Source of the DNA: Candidatus Hydrothermarchaeum profundi
GTDB lineage: Archaea; Hydrothermarchaeota; Hydrothermarchaeia; Hydrothermarchaeales; Hydrothermarchaeaceae
Direction: 5' to 3'
Assembly (NCBI GenBank): GCA_002011125.2
Contig: MTMF02000009.1
Coordinates: forward strand, 1,832,989 to 1,896,988
Length of the DNA: 64,000 bases
In this document: piece after piece, positions 1-10,065 of the stretch
Layout: each line of letters starts with the position of its first letter
Position numbering within the stretch: position 1 is the first letter of the stretch
Made by a program: the position numbers and the translations under genes
The notes under the pieces: generated by a model
What the model was told of the DNA's origin: nothing
Seen by the model: the letters and a program-made list of their open reading frames with translations, nothing else
The model's database searches: none

Positions 1-588
1 AATAGGAGTATTAACATTGGAGATGGAAACGTGCTACAAGGCATGATACAAACAGATGCATCCATAAATCCCGGCAACAGTGGAGGACCGCTTGTAGATA
101 TGGCTGGCGAAGTGATAGGTATAAATACTGCCATATTGTCTACAAGTGGGGGCAATATAGGTATCGGCTTCGCTATTCCTATAAACAAGGCAAAGGTCGC
201 AATGGAAGAGATAATTAAGGAAGGAAAGGGGAGGATACCTGAGGGCCGCGCTTGGCTAGGCATCAGCGGTATAACGATAGATGAAGAAATCTCCAACATC
301 CTTAATTTGCCGACAAAGCATGGAGCCTTAATAATTGAGGTAGTACCGGGAAGTCCTGCAGATAAGGCAGGACTTAGAGGAGGAAGCGTTCAGGTATTCA
401 TAAATGGGAGGTTTCTAGCAATTGGAGGAGATATTATAGTAGGGCTTGATGGCAAGGAAATAAAATCTATGAGAGAAGTGGTTGACTTTATCTCCTCAAA
501 GAAGCCAGGGGATAAGGTCAAGGTAACTTATATTAGAAGCGGAGAGGAACATGAGACCACAGTAACCTTAGGCAGAAAAACTTGGTAG
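1..588 (+). CDS. HtrA/DegP-like trypsin serine protease with PDZ domain (5' part outside window)
   Basis: [16 protein letters not shown] catalytic-Ser motif, GIGFAIP, C-terminal PDZ ([13 protein letters not shown]); frame open from base 1. Confidence 0.93.
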   Translation, partial: NRSINIGDGNVLQGMIQTDASINPGNSGGPLVDMAGEVIGINTAILSTSGGNIGIGFAIPINKAKVAMEEIIKEGKGRIPEGRAWLGISGITIDEEISNILNLPTKHGALIIEVVPGSPADKAGLRGGSVQVFINGRFLAIGGDIIVGLDGKEIKSMREVVDFISSKKPGDKVKVTYIRSGEEHETTVTLGRKTW

Positions 589-664
589 ACACTATACTTT
601 TAATGAGAAGCTGCGAAAAATTTAAATGGTAGATAGTAACTCAGTCTGATGAGGAGGCCTTTGA

Positions 665-1513
665 TTGAGCCAGTTCAGGGACCATGTAGATTTTTTTAAT
701 GAACTCAGGAAGAGGAGTGCTACCAGCATTGTAGACAGGCTTGTTCCATTAATTTCTATGTTGACTCCAGATCAAAAGAGGAGTATATTCTTAAAAAGCT
801 TTAATGTTGCTGTCCAAGAAGAAGATAGAATCCTGAAACTAGTCGCATGCACTATCGGGTATACAATCCGGCTTCAGGAGAATATTGAACGCGATTCGTT
901 AGAATGGGAGATAAAAAGAGATATCGAGAGATTAGTGGATGATTACTTAGTATATTCTGGCGCAAGTAACCCCGACATAAAATCAAAGAACTTGGTATTA
1001 TCATCAATTTTCCATCCCCCGTTTTATAGCTATGGGGAACTACCGTTATCTGAAATGAGGGGCTATGCTTTTCTAAATACTCTTCATGCCATAAATAGGG
1101 ATTTTATTAGATTCTTGAATCGTAATCCTCAGGGAAAGTATATATGCAACAAAATAACGCGCCTCCAGCAAAACCTTGAAAACCAGAATCTACACAATCA
1201 ATTTGAGAGAGAACACTGGCGGATATTCGAAGAGATCCTAGATGAGATATGCCCACCTTCTAGGGGCGACTTTTTCATGCAACCGGGATACACGAAATAC
1301 ATAAACCCACCATTAGGTAAAAAGCTGGGATATCTCTTAAAGACTTTTAAAACCTCGCCTTTAGTTAGGGAAACGGTTGCCCTCGTAGTGAGTAACATTG
1401 TTAGGAAAAACTACATACTATCGAGATATCATCTGAGAGCTATCACGAGGTCTGGATTGCTTAACAAGCTTGAGTTGAGGATCGTCAAAAACTCATCTAA
1501 CCCCTCTCTATGA
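665..1513 (+). CDS. hypothetical protein
   Basis: 282-aa ORF, GAGGAGG RBS before TTG start; no motif recognised. Confidence 0.6.
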   Translation: MSQFRDHVDFFNELRKRSATSIVDRLVPLISMLTPDQKRSIFLKSFNVAVQEEDRILKLVACTIGYTIRLQENIERDSLEWEIKRDIERLVDDYLVYSGASNPDIKSKNLVLSSIFHPPFYSYGELPLSEMRGYAFLNTLHAINRDFIRFLNRNPQGKYICNKITRLQQNLENQNLHNQFEREHWRIFEEILDEICPPSRGDFFMQPGYTKYINPPLGKKLGYLLKTFKTSPLVRETVALVVSNIVRKNYILSRYHLRAITRSGLLNKLELRIVKNSSNPSL

Positions 1514-2408
1514 TCCTGCAGAAGGCACATTTTTTGGACGTAGTTGGAAATCCGCAAACCTCACAGTCGGAAACTCGAGATCTATCGTGAAGCGACTCAA
1601 ACATGCTCCTGTGTTTCAGGAATTCCGTATAGAAGTATAGCTTTGTACTGGGCGACCTATCCTCAATACGATTAAGAGCCTCTTTTATTGTTATACTAGT
1701 GGAGCCTTCAGAAAACGGACATTCATCATAAAGCATATAATCAATATCATTCGTTATCGCATACATGGCTGTCTCCTTCTCAGTCAATAGGCAGAGAGGC
1801 TTCACTTTAAGGCTGAGTTTAGGATGCCAGCCCTCTAGACGGGGACTTTGTCTTGAAATTAAGTCGAAGTTCCAGTGCAACAAGTTACTCATAAGCACAC
1901 TTACCTCATCATCGAGATTATGTCCAGTAGCAAGAACGTCGTAATTATTATTAAAAGCAATACGGTTCATCTCATGGCGTTTCACGATACCGCAAACACT
2001 ACAGACACTACGTGGGCTACGTCTCGCAAGCAGCGGAACACTTACCCCATACTCCTTTTTCAGGTCTACGATATTAAGTTCAACTCCTTTAACTGAAGAG
2101 AATTTTTCAACCTTCCGTCGAGACTCCTTAGAATACCTCTGTCTTTCTATACCTAAGTCAATATAAAGTCCACTGACATCATATCCTAGTTTTAGAAGTA
2201 CATCGCAGAGAGTTAAGGAGTCTTTCCCCCCAGATACCGCTACAAGCACCTTATCTTTCTTCTTGATTAAAGAATACTTCCTTATTGTCTGCTCAACTGT
2301 GTTTATGAAGTATTCTAAGAAATGCTTCTCACACAGGATTCTATGCCGACTTCTAATAGATATAACGGCCTTCTCATTACACTTAGTGCAACGCATTTTT
2401 CCTTTCAT
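1497..2408 (-). CDS. tRNA 2-thiolation enzyme, TtuA/Ncs6 (TtcA/PP-loop) family
   Basis: N-terminal CxxC..CxxHF, SGGKDS PP-loop, CSVC, TGHNLDD, C-terminal CxxC..CxxC zinc finger. Confidence 0.88.
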   Translation of the reverse strand: MKGKMRCTKCNEKAVISIRSRHRILCEKHFLEYFINTVEQTIRKYSLIKKKDKVLVAVSGGKDSLTLCDVLLKLGYDVSGLYIDLGIERQRYSKESRRKVEKFSSVKGVELNIVDLKKEYGVSVPLLARRSPRSVCSVCGIVKRHEMNRIAFNNNYDVLATGHNLDDEVSVLMSNLLHWNFDLISRQSPRLEGWHPKLSLKVKPLCLLTEKETAMYAITNDIDYMLYDECPFSEGSTSITIKEALNRIEDRSPSTKLYFYTEFLKHRSMFESLHDRSRVSDCEVCGFPTTSKKCAFCRIIERG

Positions 2409-2548
2409 AAAAAACTGTAGAATCGTAATCTTTAAAAGAGAATAGTGAAATTATTTTGTACATTTAATATTATTTAAACTATGTTACGTATATATCAAAA
2501 AACTGAGGAGATTTTCCTTTAATAATTGAAACACAGGTGAGAGGATGA

Positions 2549-2896
2549 GTGACGATGACAGTAATCGGGAAACACATTATTGCAGAACTATACGGCGTGG
2601 AGAAGGAGTTGATATCTCATGAAGACAGTGTCCGTGGGATCATAGAGCGGGTCGTAAATGAATCTGGCTTAACGAAAGTGGGGTCTCTCTACAAACAGTT
2701 TAACCCCCATGGTGTTACAGGAATGGTGTTGATCACGGAGTCCCATATCTCTGTGCATACTTGGCCGGAATATAAAACTGTGAATCTGGACATATTCACC
2801 TGCGGTAGTCCAGAGAAGGCCGAACGCGCCTTCAACCTATTCCTAGAATATTTCAGGCCAGAGTCCTACAAGCAACGCGTTATTACGAGGGGATAG
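2549..2896 (+). CDS. speD: S-adenosylmethionine decarboxylase proenzyme
   Basis: GKHIIAELYG, F.PHGVTG..L.ESH.SVHTWPE self-cleavage site, DIFTCG. Confidence 0.93.
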   Translation: MTMTVIGKHIIAELYGVEKELISHEDSVRGIIERVVNESGLTKVGSLYKQFNPHGVTGMVLITESHISVHTWPEYKTVNLDIFTCGSPEKAERAFNLFLEYFRPESYKQRVITRG

Positions 2897-2897
2897 C

Positions 2898-3923
2898 TTG
2901 TTAGATCGCTTCACAATACAAGTACTTCAAAAGCTCTCTAAAGGCTCCACGTCGGTTTGGGAGCTTTTAGACTCCCAGGATTTAAGTCTCAGAGAGTTTT
3001 ATCTAAGATTTAGTGAGATGATAGAAGGCGGGTTGATCTCCGTAGATGGCGGTATAGTATCACTAACAGACAAAGGACGAGATCTCGCTAAAGAAATCCC
3101 TGCTATTCCGCTCACATTTACATGCAGGAGATGCCAAGGCCAGGGGTACATAATTCCAGAGAATTTTGAGAAGGTAGCTAAAGCTTTTTACGATATCGCA
3201 GAGGATAGGCCTCTACCAATAGAAGAGTATGACCAGGGGTATATGCGCCCTGAAGATGTGTTAAAGCGGGTTGCGCTCCTCTACGAAAGAGGCGACTTAG
3301 CTTCTAGAGATATCCTAGTCATTGGAGACGACGATTTATTTAGCATCGCCGCATCTTTAACTAGACTACCATCCAAGGTTGTAGTCCTAGAAGTAGACAA
3401 ACGCTTGGTAAAATTCATAAATAAGAATGCAAAGGAGAACAACCTCTGTGTTGAAGCCAGAAGCTATGATGTCCGAGAACCGATTGATAAAGAGTTTGAA
3501 CAGAGCTTTGATGTATTCTTATGTGATCCTGTTGAAACCCTCGAGGGGATTAAGCTCTTCCTCTCTAGGGGGGTCTCCTCATTACGCGGGATTGGAAGCG
3601 CAGGATATTTTGGGCTAACAACCCTTGAGGCTTCCCTTAAGAAATGGTACGAGATACAGCGCATGCTTCTTGACATGGGCTTCGTGATTACCGATATAAA
3701 GAGAAAATATAGCGAGTATCCCTGGGAGGACAATAATTTTAAACGCTACCAAGAGAAGCTTCCGATAATGAGGTATCTAAAATCGGAGTGTAATTACAGT
3801 TGGTACAAGTCAGCTTTCTATAGGATCGAATGCATTAAGGAGCCAAAACCTCTAGTCACAGGTGAACAAAAAATTGGAGATAAGTTTTATTTAGACGATG
3901 AAAGCTGGGCGACTCCAATGTAA
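2898..3923 (+). CDS. bpsA: branched-chain polyamine synthase (N4-bis(aminopropyl)spermidine synthase family)
   Basis: CxxCxG.G, EEYDQGY, RGDL, GDDDL.S, DP.ET, C-terminal DDESWAT; directly after speD. Confidence 0.85.
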   Translation: MLDRFTIQVLQKLSKGSTSVWELLDSQDLSLREFYLRFSEMIEGGLISVDGGIVSLTDKGRDLAKEIPAIPLTFTCRRCQGQGYIIPENFEKVAKAFYDIAEDRPLPIEEYDQGYMRPEDVLKRVALLYERGDLASRDILVIGDDDLFSIAASLTRLPSKVVVLEVDKRLVKFINKNAKENNLCVEARSYDVREPIDKEFEQSFDVFLCDPVETLEGIKLFLSRGVSSLRGIGSAGYFGLTTLEASLKKWYEIQRMLLDMGFVITDIKRKYSEYPWEDNNFKRYQEKLPIMRYLKSECNYSWYKSAFYRIECIKEPKPLVTGEQKIGDKFYLDDESWATPM

Positions 3924-3961
3924 AAATATTTTACAGGGTTTCTATGCTTACGCTAAGAGTT

Positions 3962-5314
3962 TTACTCTATTTCCCAGGGGAACCGTGGATCAAGGTAGTC
4001 TAGTAGATCCGGGTAAAATTCCTCAACTACCGCCTCTTCATCAACTCTTATATCGGACCCTCTTCTAAGGCTCATAGCTATATATCTGGGTATACCCTTT
4101 TCCTCCAACTTCTCTTTAGTTAAAAAGCTCCTTAAATATTCCACTACATTGCGGTACTTCCTTTTTAGGATAATTTGCCATCTCCCATTACGTATAAAAG
4201 GCTCTGTAAGCTTCTCCCTATATGATGCATATTTATCCAAGAACCTGTCTTCATGCGGCGAGTTTACTGTAGGTCCCATGTGAAACTTCGCTGAAGGGAT
4301 TTCTATTGAAGCCAATTCAAGTATTAAGCATATCTTATCTCTCACAAAAAATTTAGAGCCTAGAATCTTAAAGTCCTTCTCTTCAACACAATTTCGTATT
4401 GTAGCATTAAATTTTCTTAACTGGGGGTAGAGTATATCGTCTATCACTCCAGGATTAGAAAAGACTATAGAAACCAGCTGAGTTCCTCTACCTTTTAATC
4501 TCCTCAGAATTTCATCTTTGTTTGCTATCCTCGTTTTTGGAAAGAAAAATTCTTCCTTAGGGTGCCTTAGGTATTCCTTTGCTGCGTATATGAACTCTGA
4601 AAATCTCTCTAGTGAAAGGGCACTGGACACATTCCTATTGCTATCTACCGGATCTATGAAAATTAGAGGAGAGTCAAACTTTTTTGTCACCTTTTTAATA
4701 TCCGGCTTATCTTTAAGCCACAGTACCTGAGGGGATTTCCATTTCCTAGCTCCTTCTAGGACGCCTCTAAAGGACTTGTATTTTATCACAAGGAGTTCAC
4801 AGAGGTAACCCGAGAACCCTTCGACCTTTGCTTCAGCACCATAACAACCGATGCCCATTAAAAACTGCTTTAATAGCCTAACCTCATCCTCCTTCCCATC
4901 AAGATTTTCTTTTACAAATTTATCGTGGAAAGGAGTCCTATCTACCGCCGATTTAAGTTTTTCTGGGTTTGAGACCTGATAGCATGGCACTAGCTCAACC
5001 TCGAAATCCTCATAACGCCCCCTTATATAAGGATGCTCTGCGAATCTCTTTTCAGGCGAATTAAGAACTTTTTTACCAATAATAGTTACTACCCTCTCCA
5101 GCTCTTTTTTTGAGTATTTTTCGGGGAACATTAAAAAGAAATCCAAGTCCTTTTCATTTTTTAACCAGGTACCTCTAGAGGCAGAGCCTAATAGAGCAAC
5201 CTTTATAGTTGGATCAAATTGTTTAACCTCTCTTTCTAATTTTCTAAGAAGCTTATTGGAAACCCTCTTTAATCGAGCCTCATCTTCTGGCGATGGTTTT
5301 ATTCTTGAAAGCAT
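3962..5314 (-). CDS. cca: archaeal class I CCA-adding enzyme
   Basis: GS..RGTWL...DLD, AEHPY, VPCY, SAVDRTPFH, GFSGYLCELL, DPVD..RNV, HMGP. Confidence 0.96.
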   Translation of the reverse strand: MLSRIKPSPEDEARLKRVSNKLLRKLEREVKQFDPTIKVALLGSASRGTWLKNEKDLDFFLMFPEKYSKKELERVVTIIGKKVLNSPEKRFAEHPYIRGRYEDFEVELVPCYQVSNPEKLKSAVDRTPFHDKFVKENLDGKEDEVRLLKQFLMGIGCYGAEAKVEGFSGYLCELLVIKYKSFRGVLEGARKWKSPQVLWLKDKPDIKKVTKKFDSPLIFIDPVDSNRNVSSALSLERFSEFIYAAKEYLRHPKEEFFFPKTRIANKDEILRRLKGRGTQLVSIVFSNPGVIDDILYPQLRKFNATIRNCVEEKDFKILGSKFFVRDKICLILELASIEIPSAKFHMGPTVNSPHEDRFLDKYASYREKLTEPFIRNGRWQIILKRKYRNVVEYLRSFLTKEKLEEKGIPRYIAMSLRRGSDIRVDEEAVVEEFYPDLLDYLDPRFPWEIE

Positions 5315-5351
5315 ATCCCTATTTAAGGCTGCTTTTAATATATTAGTTCCT

Positions 5352-6224
5352 ATGGGTATAGAGGATCTACTTAAAAGCGGGCCTCTTATTGGGAAAGAAC
5401 TCTACATTTTAAGCGGGATAGAAATCTTTCAATTATGGAGAGCATGCAAGCTAGATAACAAGATCGTGATGAAAGCTGTAGGAAAAAAGTACCTGCGGTT
5501 CGATAAGAATGTTCCGGGATATGTTCGGCTATCACCTGCAATTGAGAGAGAATTTTTAACTTACACTGTGGTAGGATTAGACTTAGATGAGGTAGAGAGA
5601 AAAGCAAAGGAGCTAGAGAATGAGATAATTAAAATAAGCGAGGAAAAACTTGCCCTTTCAAGGAAGATTGCTAGAGAGATACTAGATCAAACAGGAATTA
5701 GAAAAGACATCTGTTTTATAATAGGCGGAGATGTTCCGCATAGGATGGCGCACCGAGACCCAAGACCTGAAAGAAGCACAGGAGAGATGGTCTCGGGCTC
5801 TGATCTCGACATAATAGTCGTAGCATCTGATAACCTGCCTGAGAACGAGTTTAATACCATAGACGAGAGTATGTACCTTAAAAAGCATGCTCTACTAAGA
5901 GCCCCTGTGAAAGAAGAAATAGATTATTTAGTCAAACGATTTTCAAAGGTAGAGGAACAGACTAAGTTTGATTCATTTGACAGAATGGTAGCTTGCAAAA
6001 TAATTGCAGAGGGAGAATTCCTACATGGAGATAAAAGCCTCTACCAGAAGATAATTAGATTACTAGAACAAAAAAACATCTATAAAAAATTAGAAGAGCT
6101 CGAGTATAAGGCGAAAGGAGACAGAAAACTTGCAGAGGAATATTTGTTAAAAAAAGAGAAAATCGAGGAAGAGGATTACTTGAAACTCTTCAGTACCACA
6201 GAAGAATTTAGTGAGATTTTTTGA
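5352..6224 (+). CDS. uncharacterised protein with nucleotidyltransferase-like motif
   Basis: GGD...GSDLDIIVV..EEID.L resembles a Pol-beta-type NTase signature; start moved to ATG 5352 to avoid overlap with cca. Confidence 0.55.
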   Translation: MGIEDLLKSGPLIGKELYILSGIEIFQLWRACKLDNKIVMKAVGKKYLRFDKNVPGYVRLSPAIEREFLTYTVVGLDLDEVERKAKELENEIIKISEEKLALSRKIAREILDQTGIRKDICFIIGGDVPHRMAHRDPRPERSTGEMVSGSDLDIIVVASDNLPENEFNTIDESMYLKKHALLRAPVKEEIDYLVKRFSKVEEQTKFDSFDRMVACKIIAEGEFLHGDKSLYQKIIRLLEQKNIYKKLEELEYKAKGDRKLAEEYLLKKEKIEEEDYLKLFSTTEEFSEIF

Positions 6225-6777
6225 GTGAAGTACGAGTATAGCCCAGCTCCTCCAAGTCTTTATAAATCACCAATCTTGAAACACCATAAATCCTCGCAAC
6301 CTGTGAAATGTTAAGAGTCGAAGGATTATTACCTAATAACTCAACAATTTTTTTAAGTCTCCCCCTCCTCTGCTTTGCTTCTACAACCGACTCTAATACA
6401 TCTTCATTTACTGCCGCAACAATCGTTGTATATATCCTGCCAGGTAGCGGAGTAGTAATTGTTTTTGTAAATACGTCTACTACCTCTCCCTTTTTTCCTG
6501 CTAATATCTTATTAAGTTTTTCAGCTGCCTTCGCCATTGCGGAATCCCTAGTCGCTCCCCTCTCATTTATGCCTACTACCCTTTTCCTTCTAGGCTCGCT
6601 CCCCCCTACCGCAACGCTAACAGTAACGTATGCTCCCGCTGGCCCAGAGGAAACATCTGTGTTAACTTTCATTATAACGCCATCTATCACTGCCAGCCTC
6701 TGATTTATTCTCTCTACTACAGTGCTCAACGCTTTACTAACGGTGCTACCAGAGGCCGTCTCGCTTATAATTCTCAT
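6208..6777 (-). CDS. uncharacterised protein with two repeated alpha/beta units and C-terminal HTH
   Basis: C-terminal LNISQVARIYGVSRLVIYKDL helix-turn-helix. Confidence 0.65.
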   Translation of the reverse strand: MRIISETASGSTVSKALSTVVERINQRLAVIDGVIMKVNTDVSSGPAGAYVTVSVAVGGSEPRRKRVVGINERGATRDSAMAKAAEKLNKILAGKKGEVVDVFTKTITTPLPGRIYTTIVAAVNEDVLESVVEAKQRRGRLKKIVELLGNNPSTLNISQVARIYGVSRLVIYKDLEELGYTRTSLKKSH

Positions 6778-6870
6778 TAAGTTCCTTTTTTATTAATCGG
6801 ATTATATTATTTTTAGGTTTACAATAATGCAAATCTTGGAAATCATTTTTATGCACCTCTAGAACTATCC

Positions 6871-7416
6871 TTATAACGCCACCGACTTTATAGTAGAGTA
6901 GATTGGACCTTTTGGGGTTAGAGTGCTCCTTTTAAGCTCTACCTTATCAACTAACGCCTTGCCAAAACTTCTGGTTGCATTTTCAACGACAAAATCTTTT
7001 ACATCTTCTCTTCCACGAGGCGACCTAACCCTCGCCAGAGTGAGATGCGGATCAAACTTTTTCCTCTCTTTTCCTATGCCCAAGCTAGAAAGATTTTCCT
7101 CTAACCTTGATTGCATCTCTATAAGCTTCTCTTTATTTTCTTCAATACCCACCCATATAACCCGTATATACCTTAGACTAGGAAATACCCCCACACCTCT
7201 AAGCGAGACTTCAAAAGGAGAAAAAGGAGAAAAAGCTTTAATCATTGCATCATAAATATCGCCCACCATGTCTTCACCGACCTCCCCAAGAAACTTTAGA
7301 GTCAAATGAAGATTTTGAGGCTCCACGAGCTTGAGGCCGGCTTTAAGTTGAGCCAATTCGTCTAAGATTCCAACTAATGCACTATTTTTAATATCAACAG
7401 CGATAAAACTCCTCAT
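6871..7416 (-). CDS. thpR: RNA 2',3'-cyclic phosphodiesterase (2H family)
   Basis: MRSFIAVD, HLTLKFLG and PHLTLAR two-His motifs, STLTPKGPIY. Confidence 0.95.
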   Translation of the reverse strand: MRSFIAVDIKNSALVGILDELAQLKAGLKLVEPQNLHLTLKFLGEVGEDMVGDIYDAMIKAFSPFSPFEVSLRGVGVFPSLRYIRVIWVGIEENKEKLIEMQSRLEENLSSLGIGKERKKFDPHLTLARVRSPRGREDVKDFVVENATRSFGKALVDKVELKRSTLTPKGPIYSTIKSVAL

Positions 7417-7424
7417 GATATGAA

Positions 7425-8426
7425 CTATAGCTTTCTTAAAATCAGCCCCCCTACAGCTGCGATAACAACAATACTTGCAACTATCAAGCCTATCACTCCA
7501 ACGGGTAAGCCCCCTTCAGAGACGGCTACGGGTTGCTCTGTGGGAGCAACCATCTGGATTTCCGACTGCATTCCTAGAGAAGCTTCAGCCAAGCTTATAT
7601 GCCTCCCAGCTTCCTCTATCTTTACCTTTGCATCCTTCTTATTACCTGCCAAAAGATCGTCTATAGCCGAGTTCAATGAGCTTTTCGCAGTATCGATGTG
7701 GGAGGAGATTTCTCCAACGTTCTCTCCTGCCTTCTCTTTAACATTAACCCTGTAAACCAGTTTCTCAATCTCTCCATCGTAATTTATAATATCTTTGAGC
7801 AAGGGTTCTATCTCAAACTCGGCCTTAATTTCCTGAGTAAAGGAAATCCCATCAAATATAGCTACAAAGTGGTCTTCAAAGCCGCTGACACCCTGCCAAA
7901 GTTCTCTCCAAGGAGTAGGCTTATAACCCGAAGGGATATACCCTACAGGTACATGCAACCTCACGATTCCTCCTACAGATCCCAGCTCAACATTTTTGCC
8001 CCCCTCGAGTATAGCCTCTGGTTTTCCAAATTTCACTGATGTGCTATACCCTGTGTCTGTCCTACTTAATAACCCCATTGCTTTAAACCTAAACCTCACG
8101 ATTCCTTTAGCACCGGGGTCTACAGGATCTATTAGGCTAACTTTAACATAGGGTAGTCCAGACTCCTCAGAGATAGAAATCTCTTTTACATTTTTTTTGG
8201 AAAACTCTTCATCGCTTTCAATCAGATCAAGTGCAGAGGCAGAGAAAGGCATTTTAAGCCCCACTACTTTCTCTTCAAACCCGTTAGCTATAGAAAGATC
8301 CAGCTCAACTACCGCATCAGGTATTTTATAGCTAACTGAGGCTTGCCATCTGTCAACGCTTACAGAGCCCTGAGCCGCGACAACCGGGAAAAACAAGAAC
8401 AAAGCCAAAAAAAACAAAAACCTCAC
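7425..8426 (-). CDS. secreted, C-terminally membrane-anchored protein (paralogue B)
   Basis: signal peptide, beta-rich region, helical region, C-terminal TM plus basic tail; paralogue of 9034..10065. Confidence 0.8.
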   Translation of the reverse strand: MRFLFFLALFLFFPVVAAQGSVSVDRWQASVSYKIPDAVVELDLSIANGFEEKVVGLKMPFSASALDLIESDEEFSKKNVKEISISEESGLPYVKVSLIDPVDPGAKGIVRFRFKAMGLLSRTDTGYSTSVKFGKPEAILEGGKNVELGSVGGIVRLHVPVGYIPSGYKPTPWRELWQGVSGFEDHFVAIFDGISFTQEIKAEFEIEPLLKDIINYDGEIEKLVYRVNVKEKAGENVGEISSHIDTAKSSLNSAIDDLLAGNKKDAKVKIEEAGRHISLAEASLGMQSEIQMVAPTEQPVAVSEGGLPVGVIGLIVASIVVIAAVGGLILRKL

Positions 8427-9016
8427 TCCCCCACCCCCCTCAACAACTCCTCAACATTAGCCATAGTAGGCTGATGAATCCTGCCAACACTACCAACATG
8501 ACAGCTACCGCAAGAACCAGACCCCTTAACAACATGGATCTCAATATAATTACCATCAAAATGACACTGCTCACAAACCAAGAGATCCCCCGGCCTCACA
8601 GAAGGAATAGTCACACCCCCGGCCTCACTAAAACTATGACAATCCGTACAATCCAAAAGCCCCTTATCCAAACGAGCCTCATGAATCCTATGAATAGAAA
8701 CCCCATGACAAGTCGTACAAACCTTAGGAGTCCTATTCCTAAGAGAATCCAGCTTAGTGATATCCCTCACATTATGAAAGCCCTCAACCCTACCATGACA
8801 ATCCGGACAAGAAATAGACAACCCAGAAGCCTCAGCAGACTTCTCCACCACGGGAGCAACACCCCCGGCCTCAGACCTAGCCCTCTCCAACTCAGACAAA
8901 TAATACTGAACAGTCTTATCCAAAACCTGGCCATAATAAACCGAAGCCCCCGCATAAGTAATCACGGCGCTCAAGCCCATCATCACCAACAAGACAACAA
9001 CAACACCAAACGTCCT
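8334..9016. repeat. 683-bp direct repeat, copy 1
   Basis: apparently identical to 9973..10655 (offset 1639). Confidence 0.95.
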
Positions 9017-9034
9017 CACAGCCACCATCTCCAT
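8423..9034 (-). CDS. pentaheme c-type cytochrome with N-terminal membrane anchor (copy 2 in transcription order)
   Basis: five CxxCH motifs (CPDCH, CTTCH, CTDCH, CEQCH, CGSCH), additional His residues, N-terminal TM. Confidence 0.88.
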   Translation of the reverse strand: MEMVAVRTFGVVVVLLVMMGLSAVITYAGASVYYGQVLDKTVQYYLSELERARSEAGGVAPVVEKSAEASGLSISCPDCHGRVEGFHNVRDITKLDSLRNRTPKVCTTCHGVSIHRIHEARLDKGLLDCTDCHSFSEAGGVTIPSVRPGDLLVCEQCHFDGNYIEIHVVKGSGSCGSCHVGSVGRIHQPTMANVEELLRGVGE

Positions 9035-10065
9035 TAATCCTCTTTTCTTTCACCACCTTCTTCTTTTCCTATTAATCTTATTACAATGCCTCCTATAATT
9101 GAGAGAATTATTATACTTAATATAATGCCTGAGAAAATTAAATATTGTGGAATTACCTTTGTTTCTTTTTCAGCGGGTTCTTTGGTTTCTCCGCTTGGAA
9201 CTTCGGACTCTAATCCAAGGGAAACCTTAGCTATGGTTATATATCTGCGAGCAGCTTCCAATTCCACTTCGGCCTTTTCATTATTCCCCTGCACCAAGTT
9301 ATCTATGGATTCCCCGAGGGTAGTTTTTGCTCTATCAACATAGTTTTCCGCTACTACAACGTCTTCCCCAGCGCTTTTTCTAAAATTTATTTCATTAGTG
9401 AGCTTCTCTATTTCGCCATCAGCCTCTATTATATCATAAAGCTTGGGTTCCTCCCTAAATTTCACAATTATTTGTTGGGTTATAGTCACATCCTCAAATA
9501 TGGCTACAAAGTGGTCTTCAAAGCCGCTGACACCCTGCCAAAGTTCTCTCCAAGGCTCTGGCTCGTATTCAACAGGAAGCTGGCCTACTGGAAAGTGAAC
9601 TTTAATTGTTCCCGCACCTATCTGAACCGGAACTTTACTTCCATCCTCGAGTATAGCTGTTGGCTTAGAAAAACTCAGAGTAGTGGTGGAAATCCCGTTC
9701 GTTGTTCTGGTGAGTCCCTCTGTAGAGAACTTTAAAAAAATCTCTCTTGAAGCTCCTTTTTCAATAGGTCTACTGAATATTATTTCGAACTTCGATTTAT
9801 CATCTATGGCGGAGGATTTTACAGTAAAGGTCTCATTTTCAAATCTTTCCTCTTCGGGTATATAGTCTGCATACTTCGCATTAATAATAAGCTCTATACC
9901 AACAACCTTCATTTCCATGTTATTAGTTAATAGAAAATTGAAATCCAAATTTTCTTTCAAAAGATTATAAGAAACTGAGGCTTGCCATCTGTCAACGCTT
10001 ACAGAGCCCTGAGCCGCGACAACCGGGAAAAACAAGAACAAAGCCAAAAAAAACAAAAACCTCAC
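9034..10065 (-). CDS. secreted, C-terminally membrane-anchored protein (paralogue A)
   Basis: same first 33 aa and PWRELWQGVSGFEDHFVAIF block as 7425..8426, otherwise diverged; C-terminal TM. Confidence 0.8.
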   Translation of the reverse strand: MRFLFFLALFLFFPVVAAQGSVSVDRWQASVSYNLLKENLDFNFLLTNNMEMKVVGIELIINAKYADYIPEEERFENETFTVKSSAIDDKSKFEIIFSRPIEKGASREIFLKFSTEGLTRTTNGISTTTLSFSKPTAILEDGSKVPVQIGAGTIKVHFPVGQLPVEYEPEPWRELWQGVSGFEDHFVAIFEDVTITQQIIVKFREEPKLYDIIEADGEIEKLTNEINFRKSAGEDVVVAENYVDRAKTTLGESIDNLVQGNNEKAEVELEAARRYITIAKVSLGLESEVPSGETKEPAEKETKVIPQYLIFSGIILSIIILSIIGGIVIRLIGKEEGGERKED

